Shown here: positions 46,401 to 60,920 of the stretch, piece after piece
How positions within the stretch are numbered: the stretch's first letter is position 1
Layout: every line of letters begins with the position of its first letter
Translations under genes and position numbers: made by a program
The notes under the pieces: generated by a model
Database searches by the model: none
The model's input: only the letters and a program-made list of their open reading frames with translations
Told to the model about the DNA's origin: nothing
Assembly (NCBI RefSeq): GCF_009914755.1
Contig: NC_060940.1
Source: the human T2T-CHM13v2.0 reference genome, Homo sapiens
Reading direction: 5' to 3' (one strand)
DNA: 64,000 bases

Positions 46401-49400
46401 AGCCATTCGATTCAATTCCATGATGATTCTATTTGATTCCATTGGTTGACATTTCCATTCGATTCCATTCGATGATGATTCCCTTTGATTCCATTCAAAG
46501 ATGATTCCATTCTAGCCCATTCAATCATTCCATTCGATTCTATTCAATGATGATTCCATTCATGTCGATTTGGTGATTCCATTTGACTTCATTTGATGAT
46601 GATTCCTTTCAAGTTCATTAGATGATTCCATTCGATTCCATTTGATGATGATCCCATTCGAGTCCATTCAGTGATTCCACTCGTTTCCATTCCATGATGA
46701 TTCCATTCCATTCCATGCAATGATTCCATTCGATTCCGTTTGATGATGATTTCATTCGAGTCCATTTGATGATTCCATTTGATTCCATTCGATGATGATT
46801 CCATTCGAGTCCATTCGATGATTCTATTCGAATCCATTTGATGATTTCTTTTGATTATAGTTGGTGATGATTCCATTGGAGTCCATTCAATGATTCCATT
46901 CGATTCCAATCGATGGTGATTCCATTAGAGTCCATTTAATGATTCCATTTGATTCCAGTCTCTGATGATTACATTTGAGTCCATACGATGATTCCACTCA
47001 ATTCCATATGATGATGATTCCATTCGATTCCATTCGATGATTCCATTCTATTCTATTCAATGGTGATTCCATTCGAGTACATTAGATGATTCCATTCGAT
47101 TCCATTCAATGATGATTCTATTTGTGTCCCTTAGATGATTCCACATGATTCCATTAGATGATGATACTATTTGAGCCCATCCAATGATTCCCTTCGATTC
47201 CATTCGATGAGGATTCCATTCGATTCAATTCATTGGTGATTCTATTCAATTCAATTCTTTGATTCCATTCCATTCCATTCGACAATGATTCCATTCGATT
47301 TCTTTCGATGATTCCACTCGATTCCACTTGACATTGATTCCCTTCGATTCCATTCAATGATTCCATTTGATTCCAGTGGATGATGATTGCCATCGATTCC
47401 ATTTGATCACTCCATTCTATTCCACTTGATGATGATTACATTCGATTCCATTTGACGATTCCATCTGATTCTATTCGAGGATTCCATTTGATTCCATTCG
47501 ATGATGATTCCATTCGAGTCCATTCGATGATATCATTCGAGTACATCCAATGATTCCATTCGAGTCCATTTGATGATTCCATTTGATTCCATTTGATAAT
47601 GATTCTACTAGAGTCCATTCAATGACTCCATTGGAGTCCATTCAACAATTCCATTCGACTCCATTTGATGATTCCATTGGATTCCATTTGATGATTCCAT
47701 TCGAGTCCATTTAATCATTACAGTCGAGTCCATTTGGTGATTCCACCGGATTTCTTTTGATAATGATACCATTCAATTACATTTGATGATGATCCCATTC
47801 AATTTCATTTGATGATGATTCCATTAGAGTCCATTCGATGATTTCATTCGAGTCCCTTCATTGATTCCATCCGATTTCATTGGATGATGACTCCATTCGA
47901 GTCCATTCGATGATTCCACTCGATTCCATTAGATGATTCCATTGGAGTCCATTTGATTGTTCCATTCGATTCCATTCGATTCCTTTCGAAGATTATTCCA
48001 TTTGAGTCCATTCGATGATGATTCCATTCCATTCCATTCGATGATTCCGTTTGATTCCATTCGATGATTCCCTTCGATTCCTTTCTTTGATGATTCCATT
48101 CCATTCCATTCAATGATTCCATTCGAATCTATTCCATGATGATTCCTTTCGATTCCATTCGCTGATGTTTCCGTTCAATTCCATTCGATGATGATTCCAT
48201 TCGATTCCATTCATTGAGGATTCCATTTGATTCCATTCAATGATGATTCCGTTCTATTCTATTCAATGATTGCATTCAATTCCATTCAGTGATTATCCCC
48301 TTAGAGTAAACTCAACGATTCCATTCAATACCATTCGATGATGATTCCTTTTGAGTCCATTCAATGATTTCATTCAAGTCCATTTGATGATTCCTTTCAA
48401 TTCCATTCTATGATGATTCCATTCGAGTCCATTCGATGATTCCATTCGATTGCATTCGATTATTCCATTATATTCCAGTCAACAATGAATCCATTCGAGT
48501 CCATTCGATGATTCCATTAGAGTACATTTAATGATTGCTTTGTTTTCAATTCGAAGATGACTACATTGGATTCCATTCTATGATACCATTCGATTCCATT
48601 CAATGATGATTCCACTCAAATCCATTGGATGATTCCATTCGTGTCCATTCGGTGATTTCCTTAGATTCCATTCGAGGATGTTTCCATTCGATTCCATTCG
48701 ATGATTCCATTCAATTCCATTCGAGTATGATTCCATTCCAGTCCATATGATCATTCCATTTGATTTCATTCGATGATGATTCCATTCGATTCCATTCGAT
48801 GATTCCATTCTATTCCATTCGATGATGATTCCATTCGAGTCCATTCGATGATTCCATTCGAGTCCATTTAATGATTCCATTGGGTTCAATTCAATGATGA
48901 TTACATTGGATTCCGTTCTATGATTCCATTCAATTCCGTTCATTGACAATTTGATTCCATTCGATGATGATTCCATTTGAGTTCATTCGATGATTCTATT
49001 CGATTCTCTTCGATGGTGATTCAATTCTATTATATTGGATGATTCCATTCGATTCCATTTGATGTTGATTCAATTCGATTCTATTCGATGATGATTCCAT
49101 TGGATTTCACTTGATGATTCTATTCGATTCCATTCAATGATGATTCACTTCTCGTCCATTGGATGATTCCATTTCATTCCATTCGATGATGATTCCATTC
49201 GATTCCATTCGATGATTCCATTTGATTCCATGCGTCGGTGAGCAATTCGATTCAATTCCATGATGATTCTATTTGATTCAATTAGATGATGTTTCCATTC
49301 GAATCCATTCCATGATTATTCCATTGGAATCCATTCGGCGATGATTCCATATGAGTCAATTCAATGATGATTCCATATGGGTCCGTTCGATGATAATTCC

Positions 49401-49675
49401 ATTTGATTTCATTCGGTGCTTCTATTCAATTCCAGTCGATGATTATTCCGTTGGAGTCCATACGATGATTCCATTTGATTTCATTTGATGATGATTCCAT
49501 TCGATGATGATTACATTGGATTCCATTCTATGATTCCATTCAATTCCATTCGTTGATGATTCGATTCCATTCAATGATGATTCCATTTGAGTTCATTCGA
49601 TGATTCTATTCGATTCCGTTCGATGGTGATTCAATTCTCTTATATTGGATGATTCCACTCGATTCCATTTGATGA
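43466..49675 (+). repeat. Higher-order unit, 6210 bp (carries the same 98-bp duplication as 3069-9278)
   Basis: Landmarks at 43466 and 49676; TTGGATTCGA at 43898 and TTGGGTTTGA at 43996. Confidence 0.93.
43898..44093 (+). repeat. 98-bp tandem duplication within a unit (second occurrence)
   Basis: Same doubled segment at 43898 and 43996, offset 40397 from the first occurrence. Confidence 0.9.
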
Positions 49676-52600
49676 TTATTCCATTGCAGTCCACTTAGGG
49701 AATCCTTCAGATTCTTCTCGAAGATGAATCCATTCAAGTCCATTCAATCATACCATTCAATTTCATTCGTTGATGCTTCCATTCAAGTGCATTCGATGAT
49801 ATCATTCGATTCCATTTGATGATAATTCCATTTGATTCCATGCGATGATTCTATTCGATTCCATTCAATGATAATTCCATTCAGTTCAGTGATTCCTCTG
49901 AACTCCATTTGATGATGATTCCATTCAATGATTCCATTCGATTCTATTCGAAAATGATTCCATTTGAATCCATTTGATGATGATTCCATTAGATTCCATT
50001 TGATGATTCCATTCGATTCCATGCGACGATGATTCCATTCAATTCCATGTGATGATTCCATTCTATTCTATTCGATGATGATTCCATTCGATTCCATTCG
50101 ATGATGATTGGATTCGATTCCATTTGATGATTTCATTTGATTCCATTCGTTAATGATTTCGATCAATTCCATTCGATGATTCCATTCGATTCCATTCGAT
50201 AATGATTACATCCGTGTCCATTCAATGATTCCATTTGAGCCTGTTCGATAATTCCATTTGAGTCCAACCAATGATTCCATTCATTTCCCTTCAATGATTC
50301 CATTCGAGTCCATTTGATCATTCCGGTAGGGTCCATTCGATGTTGACTCCATTGGAGTGCATTCGATGATTCCATTCGAGTCTATTTTATGATTTGATTC
50401 GAGTCCTTTCGATGATTCCATTCGATTCCACTCGATGATGATTTCATTCGAGTCCATTCGACACTTCCAATCGATTCCATTTGATGTTTCCATTCGAGTC
50501 CAATTGATGATTCCATTCAATTCCATTCGATGATGATTCCGTACGATTCCATTCTGTGATGATTCCATGTGATTGCATTCAATGATGATTCCTTTAGATT
50601 GCATTCGATTGTGATTCATTTCGTCTTCATTCTATGGTTCCACTGGTTTCCATTCGTGTCCATTCCATTATTCCATTCTATTCCATTTGATGATGATTCC
50701 ATTCGATTCCATTCATTGGTGATTCCACTCAATTCCATTCAATGATTCCATTCCATTTCTTTCAACAATGATTCCATTACTTTCTAATCGATGATCCACT
50801 TGATTCCATTTGACGACGATTCCATTCTTGTCCATTCGATGATTCCATTTGATTCCATATGATGATGATTCCATTCGATTCCATACCATGATGATTCCAT
50901 TCGAGTCCATTCAATGGTGATTCCATTCAATTCCATTCGATGATTCCTTTTGATTCCATTCGATGATGATGGCATTCGATTCCTTTCAATCATACCCTTT
51001 GATTCCATTCAAAGGTGATTTCATTCAAGTCCATTCGATAATTGCATTCGATTCCATTCTATGATGATTCCATTCGAGTCCATTTGATGATTCCATTCAA
51101 TTCAAGTCAATGATGATTCCATTCGATTCCATTCGATGATTCCATTGGATTCCATTCGATGATGATTCCATTCAAATCCATTCGATAATTCAATTCAAGT
51201 CCATTCGATGATGATTAAAATCGAATCCATTCAAAGATTCCATTCAGTTCCATTCGATGATTCCCTTAGATTCCATTCGATGATTCCACTTGATTTCATT
51301 TACGATGATTCCATTTGATTCCATGTGATGATTCCATTCAATTCTATTCAATGCTGTTTCCATTTGATTCCATTCGACCATGATTGCCTTTGATTCCATT
51401 CAATGACTCCATTCGGTTCCTTTTGATTATGATTCCGTTCGATTCCATTTCATTATTCCATTTGATTCCATTGGATGAGTCCATTCGATTACATTCGATG
51501 ATTATTCCATTCGAGTGCATAAGATGATTCCATTCGAGTCCATTCGATGATTCCATTCGATTCCATTCGATGTTGATTCTGTTCAAATCCATTCGATGAT
51601 TCCACTCGATTCCATTCAGTGATGATTCCATTTGATTCCATCTGATGATGACTTCATTTGATTCCATTCGATGATGATTCCATTGGAGTCCATTGAATGA
51701 TTCAATTCAATTCCATTCCATGTGGATTCCATTCGAATTCATTCGATTATTCCATTCAAATCCCTTCGTTGATTCCATCTGATTCCACTTGACGATGATT
51801 CCATTCAAGTCCAATCGATGATTCCATTCGGTTCCATTCAGTGATTCCATTCGAGTCCATTTATGTATTATATTCGTGTCCACTTGATGACTCACTCCAT
51901 TCAATTCCATTTAATGATGATTCCATTTGATTCCATTTGATGATTCAGTTCGATTCCTTACAATGATTCCCTACGATTCCTTTCTATGATGATTCCATTC
52001 GATTCCATTCATTGATGATTCCATTCGACTCCATTCGATGATGATTCCTTTCGATTCCATTTGACGATGTTTCCATTTGAGTCCATTCGATGATGATTCA
52101 ATTCAGTTCTGTTCTATTATGAATCCATTCGATTTCATTCAATGCTTCTATTTGATTCCATTCGACGATGATTCCATCTCTTTCCCTTCGATGTTTCCAT
52201 TTGATTCCATTCAGTGATGATTCCATTTGATTCCATCTGATGATGATTTCACTTGATTCATTTCAATGATGATTCCATTCAAGTCCATTCGATGATTCCA
52301 TTGGAGTCCAAACGATCATTCCATTCGATTCCATTCAATGATGATTCCATTCATGTCCATTCAATGAATCCTTTCAATTCCATTCGATGATGACTCCATT
52401 CGAGTACATTCGATGATTCCATTTGATTCCATTTGATGATGATTACATTCAATTCCATTCGAAGATGATTCCATTCAATTCCACTTGATGATGATTCCGT
52501 ATGAATCCATTCGCTGATTATTCCATTCGATTCCATTCATTGACGATTCCATTTGATTCCATTCAATGATGATGCTCTTCTATTCCATTCGATGATTCCG

Positions 52601-53738
52601 GTCGATTCCATTCGATGATGATTCCATTAGATTCCATTCGATTGTTGCATTCGATTCCCTTCGATGATGATTCCTTTGAATTCCATTCGATTATGATTCC
52701 GTATGAATCCATTTGATGATTATTCCATTGGATTCCTTTCGATGATGATTCCATTCGATTCCATTTGATGATGTTTCTCATGTATTCCATTTGATAATTC
52801 CTTTCAATTCCCTTCGATGATGATTCTTTCGAGTCAATTCGATGATTCTATTCCATTCCCTTCGATGATGATTCCATTTCACTCCATTCGATGATTCCAT
52901 TCGATTCAATTTGGTGATGATTCAATTCGATGACATTCGATGACTCCATTCAATTTCATTTGATGATGATTACATTCGAGTCCATTTGATGATTGTATTC
53001 CTTTCCTTTTGATGATTATTCCATTCGTGTCTATTCAAAGATTCCATTCTATTCCATTCAATGATGATTCCAATTGATTCCATTCAATGATTATGGCTAT
53101 CGATTCCACTCGTTGATTCCATTTGATTCCATTCGATGATTATTCCGTTAGATTCCATTAGGAGATTCCATTCGATTTTATTCAATGATTCCAATTGATT
53201 CCATTCAATGATGATTCCATTCGACTCCATTCAGTGATTCCATTTGAGTCCATTTGATGATTCCATTCGAGTCCATTTGATGATTCCATTCTTTTCCATT
53301 TGATGATGATTCCATTAGGGTCCATTCAATGATTCCATTCGAGTCCATTCGTTAATGCCTTTCGAGTCCTTTTGATCACTACATTCGAGTCCATTCAATG
53401 ATTCTATTCGATTCCATTCCATGATGATTCCATTCGAGTTCATTCGATGATTGCATTCGAGTCCATTTGATGATTCCATAAGATTCCATTCGACAATGAT
53501 TCCATTCGTGTCCATTTGATGATTCCATTCATTTCCTATCGATGAAGATTCCATTCGAGTGTATTCGATGATTCCATTCAAATCCATTCGATGATGATTC
53601 CATTCCAGTCCATTCGATCATTCCACTTGATTCCATTTGATGACTATTCCATTCAAATCCATTTGATGATTCCATTCGATTCCATTCGATGTTACCATTC
53701 CAGTATATACGATGATTCCACTCGATTCCATTTGATGA
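49676..53738 (+). repeat. Variant 4063-bp unit: first ~1.94 kb of the canonical unit joined to module X
   Basis: Leaves canonical sequence at about 51618 and returns at about 53711; landmark variant (GAGTCGACTTAGTG) at 53739. Confidence 0.88.
51618..53710 (+). repeat. HSat2 module X, copy 2 (about 235 bp longer at the 5' end)
   Basis: Same diagnostic strings as 35975-37805 at an offset of about 15.9 kb; ORFs 36469 and 36681 recur at 52351 and 52563. Confidence 0.88.
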
Positions 53739-56700
53739 TTATTCCATTGGAGTCGACTTAGTGAATCCTTTAGATTCTACTCGAAGATGATTCCATTCGA
53801 GTCCATTCGATGATACCATTCAATTCCATTCGTTGATGCTTCCATTCAAGTGCATTCGATGATATCATTCGATTCCATTTGATGATAATTCCATTTGATT
53901 CCATGTGATGATTCTATTCCATTCCATTCAATGATAATTCCATTCAATTCAGTGATTCCTCTGGACTCCATTTGATGATGATTCCATTCAATGATTCCAT
54001 TCGATTCTATTCGAAAATGATTCCATTTGAATCCATTTGATGATGATTCCATTCGATTCCATTTGATGATTCCATTCGATTCCATTCGACGATGATTCCA
54101 TTCGATTCCATTTGATGATTCCATTCTATTCTATTCGATGATGATTCCATTCGATTCCATTCGATGATGATTGGATTCGATTCCATTTGATGATTTCATT
54201 TGATTCCATTCGATGATGATTTCGATCAATTCCATTCGATGATTCCATTCGATTCCATTTGATAATGATTACATCCGAGTCCATTCGATGATTCCATTTG
54301 AGCCCGTTCGATAATTCCATTTGAGTCCAATCAATGATTCCATTCATTTCCATTCAATGATTCCATTCGAGTCCATTTGATCATTCCGGTAGGGTCCGTT
54401 CGATGTTGATTCCATTGGAGTGCATTCGATGATTCCATTCGAGTCCATTTTAGGATTTGATTCGAGTCCTTTCGATGATTCCATTCGATTCCACTCGATG
54501 CGATGATGATTTCATTCGAGTCCATTCGACACTTCCAATCGATTCCATTTGATGTTTCCATTCGAGTCCAATTGATGATTCCATTCAATTCCATTCGATG
54601 ATGATTCCGTACGATTCCATTCTGTGATGATTCCATGTGATTGCATTCAATGATGATTTCTTTCGATTGCATTCGATTATGATTCATTTCGTGTTCATTC
54701 TATGGTTCCACAGGTTTCACATCGTGTCCATTCCATTATTCCATTCTATTCCATTTGATGATGATTCCATTCGATTCCATTCATTGGTGATTCCACTCAA
54801 TTCCATTCAATGATTCCATTCCATTTCTTTCAACAATGATTCCATTAGTTTCTAATCGATGATCCACTTGATTCCATTTGACGATGATTCCATTCTTGTC
54901 CATTCGATGATTCCATTTGATTCCATATGATGATGATTCCATTAGATTCCATACGATGATGATTCCATTCGAGTCCATTCAATGGTGATTCCATTCAATT
55001 CCATTCGATGATTCCTTTCGATTCCATTTGATGATGATGGCATTCGATTCCTTTCAATCATTCCCTTTGATTCCACTCAAAGGTGATTTCATTCAAGTCC
55101 ATTCGATAATTGCATTCGATTCCATTCTATGATGATTCCATTCGAGTCCATTTGATGATTCCATTCAATTCAAGTCAATGATGATTCCATTCGATTCCAT
55201 TCGATGATTCCATTGGATTCCATTCGATGATGATTCCATTCAAATCCATTCGATAATTCAATTCACGTCCATTCGATGATGATTCCAATCGAATCCATTC
55301 AAAGATTCCATTCAATTCCATTCGATGATTCCCTTAGATTCCATTCGATGATTCCACTTGATTCCATTTACGATGATTCCATTCGATTCCATGTGATGAT
55401 TCCATTCAATTCTATTCAATGATGTTTCCATTTGATTCCATTCGACCATGATTGCCTTTGATTCCATTCAATGATTCCATTCGGTTCCGTTTGATGATGA
55501 TTCCGTTCGATTCCATTTGATGATTCCATTTGATTCCATTGGATGAGTCCATTCGATTACATTCGATGATTATTCCATTCGAGTGCATTAGATGATTCCA
55601 TTCGAGTCCATTCGATGATTCCATTCGAGTCCATTCGATGATTCCATTCGATTCCATTCGATGTTGATTCTGTTCAAATCCATTCGATGATTCCACTCGA
55701 TTCCATTCGATGACTCCATTTGATCCCATTCGATGATTTCCTTTGATTCCCTTTGATGATCATTCCATTTGATTCAATTCGGTGATTTCATTGGATTCCA
55801 TTCAGTGATGTTTCCATTCGACTCCATTCGATGATGATTCCATTCGACTACATTCGATTATGATTTCATTCAATTCCATTCGATAAAGATTCCCTTCGAG
55901 TCCAATCGATGATTCCATTCGATTCCATTCAACGATGATTTGATTCGTGTCCATTCGATGATTCCATTTGATTCCACTTGATGAGGATTCCATTCGAGTC
56001 CATTTGATGATTCCATTCAATTGCATTCTCCGATGATTTCTTTTGAGCCCATTCAATGCTTCCACTCGATTCCATATGATGATGACTCCATTCGATGAAA
56101 CTCGATGATGATTCCATTCGCTTGCATTCGATGATGATTCCACTTGAGTCCGTTAGAAGATTCTATTCAATTACATTCCATGACGATTCCGTTCGAGTCC
56201 ATTTGATGATTCCATTAGACTCCATTCCACGATGATTCCATTCGATGTTATTCGATGATTCCATTCGATCTCATTCGTTGATGATTCCATTCAACTCCAT
56301 TCGATGTTTCCATTCGAGTTCATTCTATTATTCCATTAGATTCCATTCGATGATGATTCCATTCGATTCCATTTGATGATTGCATTCTATTTCATTTGAT
56401 GAGGATTCCATTCGAGTCCACTCGATGATTCCATTCGAGTCCATTTAATGAATCCATTGGTTTCAATTCTATGATGATTACATTGGATTCCATTCGTTGA
56501 TGATTTCATTCGGTTCCATTCAATGATGATTCCATTCAATTCCTTTCAATGTTTCCATTCAATTCCATACGATGATGATTCCATTTGATTTGATTCGACA
56601 GTGAGCCATTCGATTCAATTCCATGATGATTCTATTTGATTCACTTGGTTGACATTTCCATTCGATTCCATTCGATGATGATTCCATTTGATTCCATTCA

Positions 56701-58909
56701 AAGATGATTCCATTCTAGCCCATTCAATCATTCCATTCGATTCTATTCAATGATGATTCCATTCATGTCGATTTGGTGATTCAATTTGACTTCATTTGAT
56801 GATGATTCCTTTCAAGTTCATTAGATGATTCCATTCGATTCCATTTGATGATGATCCCATTCGAGTCCATTCAGTGATTCCACTCGTTTCCATTCCATGA
56901 TGATTCCATTCCATTCCATTCAATGATTCCATTCGATTCCGTTTGATGATGATTTCATTCGAGTCCATTTGATGATTCCATTTGATTCCATTCGATGATG
57001 ATTCCATTCGAGTCCATTCGATGATTCTATTCGAATCCATTTGATGATTTCTTTTGATTATATTTGGTGATGATTCCATTGGAGTCCATTCAATGATTCC
57101 ATTCGATTCCAATCGATGATGATTCCATTAGAGTCCATTTAATGATTCCATTTGATTCCAGTCTCTGATGTTTACATTCGAGTCCATACGATGATTCCAC
57201 TCAATTCCATATGATGATGATTCCATTCGATTCCATTCGATGATTCCATTCTATTCTATTCAATGGTGATTCCATTCGAGTACATTAGATGATTCCATTC
57301 GATTCCATTCAATGATGATTCTATTTGTGTCCCTTAGATGATTCCACATGATTCCATTAGATGATGATACTATTTGAGCCCATCCAATGATTCCCTTCGA
57401 TTCCATTCGATGAGGATTCCATTCGATTCAATTCATTGGTGATTCTATTCAATTCAATTCTTTGATTCAATTCCATTCCATTCGACAATGATTCCATTCG
57501 ATTTCTTTCGATGATTCCACTCAATTTCACTTGACATTGATTCCATTCGATTCCATTCAATGATTCCATTTGATTCCAGTGGATGATGATTGCCGTCGAT
57601 TCCATTCGATCACTCCATTCTGTTCCATTTGATGATGATTACATTCGATTCCATTTGATGATTCCATCTGACTCTATTCGAGGATTCCATTTGATTCCAT
57701 TCGATGATGATTCCATTCGAGTCCATTCGATGATTTCATTCGAGTACATCCAATGATTCCATTCGAGTCCATTTGATGATTCCATTTGATTCCATTTGAT
57801 AATGATTCTACTAGAGTCCATTCAATGACTCCATTCGAGTCCATTCAACAGTTCCATCCGAGTCCATTCGATGATTCCATTCGATTCCATTTGATGATTC
57901 CATTTGAGTCCATTTAATCATTACAGTCGAGTCCATTTGGTGATTCCACTGGATTTCTTTTGATAATGATACCATTCAATTACATTTGATGATGATCCCA
58001 TTCAATTTCATTTGATGATGATTCCATTAGAGTCCATTCCATGATTTCATTCGAGTCCCTTCATTGATTCCATCCGATTTCATTTCATGATGACTCCATT
58101 CGAGTCCATTCGATGATTCCACTCGATTCCATTAGATGATTCCATTGGAGTCCATTTGATTGTTCCATTCGATTCCATTCGATTCCTTTCGAAGATTATT
58201 CCATTTGAGTCCATTCGATGATGATTCCATTCCATTCCATTCGATGATTCCGTTTGATTCCATTCGATGATTCCCTGCGATTCCTTTCTATGATGATTCC
58301 ATTCCATTCCATTCAATGATTCCATTCGAATCTATTCCATGATGATTCCTTTCGATTCCATTCGCTGATGTTTCCGTTCAATTCCATTCGATGATGATTC
58401 CATTCGATTCCATTCATTGAGGATTCCATTGGATTCCATTCAATGATGATTCCATTCTATTCCATTCAATGATTGCATTCAATTCCATTCAATGATTATG
58501 CCATTAGAGTAAATTCAACGATTCCATTCAATACCATTCGATGATGATTCCTTTTGAGTCCATTCAATGATTTCATTCAAGTCCATTTGATGATTCCTTT
58601 CAATTCCATTCCATGATGATTCCATTCGAGTCCATTCGATGATTCCATTCGATTGCATTCGATGATTCCATTATATTCCATTCAACGATGATTCCATTCG
58701 AGTCCATTCGATGATTCCATTAGAGTACATATAATGATTGCTTTGTTTTCAATTCGAAGATGATTACATTGGATTCCATTCTATGATTCCATTCGATTCC
58801 ATTCATTGATGATTCCACCCGATTCCATTCGATGATGATTCCACTCAAATCCATTGGATGATTCCATTCGTTTCCAATTGGTGATTTCATTAGATTCCAT
58901 TCGAGGATG

Positions 58910-60920
58910 ATTCTATTCGAGTCCATTCAATGATTCCATTGGATTCCGTTTGATAATGATTCCATTAGAGTTCATTCGTTGATTCCCTTCGAGTCCATTC
59001 GATTATTTCTTTTGATTCCATTTGATGATGATTCCATTCGATTCCATTCAATGATTCCATTCCATTCCATTCGATGATGATTCCATTCGATAATGATTAC
59101 ATTCGAGCCCATGTGATGATTCCATTAGATTCTATTCAATGATGATTCCATTCGACCACATTCGATGATGGCATTCGAGTCCATTCGATGATTTCACTCG
59201 ATTCCACTTGATGATGATTCCTTTTGAGTCCATTTGATGATTACATTCGAGTCCATGAGATGACTCCATTCGATTCCATTTCATGATGATGCAATTCGAG
59301 GCTATTCGATCATCCCATTTTAGTGCATTCGGTGATTCTCTTTTATTACATTCGATGAGGGCTCCATTCGAGTCCATTCAATGATTCCATTAGATTCCAC
59401 TCGATGATGATTCCATTTGAGTCCATTCAAAGATTCCTTTCGAGTCCATTCGATAATTCTATTGGATTCCACTAGGTGATGATTCCTTTCGAGTCAATTC
59501 GATGATTCCTTTCAAGTGCCTTCAATGATTCCATTCGATTCCATTCGATGACGATTCATTTCAAGTCCATTCAATGGTTCCATTCTGTTGAATTTGATGG
59601 TTCCATTTGATTCCATTCGATGATGATTCCATTCGTGTCCATTGGATGATTCCATTCGATTCCTTTCGAGGAAGATTCCATTCGACTCCATTCGATGATT
59701 CCGTTCGATTCCATTCCATGATGATTCCATTTGATTCCATTCCATGATTCCATTCGATACCATTCGATGATGATTCCATTCGACTCCATTTGATGAATCC
59801 ATTCAATGCTTCCATTCGAGTCCATTCGATGATTCCATTCGATTCCATTCCATGAAGATTCCATTCGAGTACATTTGATGATTCCATTTAATTCCATAGG
59901 ATGATGATTCTATTAGGGTCCGTTGACTATTCCATTCAATTCCATTCGAAGATTCCATTCGAGTCCACTCGATGATTCTATTTGATTCCATTTGATAATT
60001 CCATTCGATTCCATTTGATGTTGATTCCATTCGAGTCCATTCGATCATTATTACATTTGATTCTATTCGATGATTCCATTCGATTCCATTTGATGAGGAT
60101 TCCATTCGAGACCATTTGATGATTCCATTCAATTCCATTGGATGATTCCAATATTTTCCATTAGATGATGATTCCATTCGATTCCATTCAATGATGATTC
60201 CATCAGAATCCATTCGATGATGACTCCTTTTGCTTCCATTCAATGATCATTACATTCGGTTCCATTCGATGATGATTCCTTTGGATTCCATTCGATGATG
60301 CTTCCATTCGATTCCATTTGATGATGATTCTTTTCGATTCCATTTGATGATGATTCCATTTGATTCCATTCGATGGTGATTCCATTTGATGATTCCATTC
60401 GATTGTATTCGATGATGATTCCACTCGATTCTATTTGATGATGACTGCATTCGATTCCATTTGATGATTCCATTTGATTCCATTCGATGATGATTCTGAT
60501 CAATTGCATTCGATGATCCATTCGATTCCATTTGATGGTTCCATTTGATTCCATTTGATAATGATTCCTTTCGAGTCCATTCGATGATTCCATTTGCGGA
60601 TATTCGATAATTCCATTTGAGTCCAACCGATGATTCCATTCGAGGCCATTCAATCATTCTTTTTGAGTCCTTTCGATAAAGATTCCATTTTAGTCCATTC
60701 AATAATTCCACTGGAGTCCATTCGATGATTGCTTTTAATTCCATTCGATGATATTCCATTCGAGTCCATTCGATGATTCCATTCGTTGCTATTAGATGAT
60801 GATTCCATTCATGACCATTTGGTGATTCCATTCGATTTCATTCGTTGATGATTCCATTCGAGTCCATTCCATGATTCCATTCAAGTCCATTTGATGATTT
60901 CTTTGAATTCAATTCGATGA
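58910..60920 (+). repeat. HSat2 module Y (~2.0 kb, single copy in window)
   Basis: Sits between two positions that are adjacent in the canonical unit (TAGATTCCATTCGAGGATGA and the lead-in to CCATATGAT). Contains unique strings such as GATGAGGGCTCC, CCACTAGGTGATG and TTTGCGGATATTCG. Confidence 0.82.
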
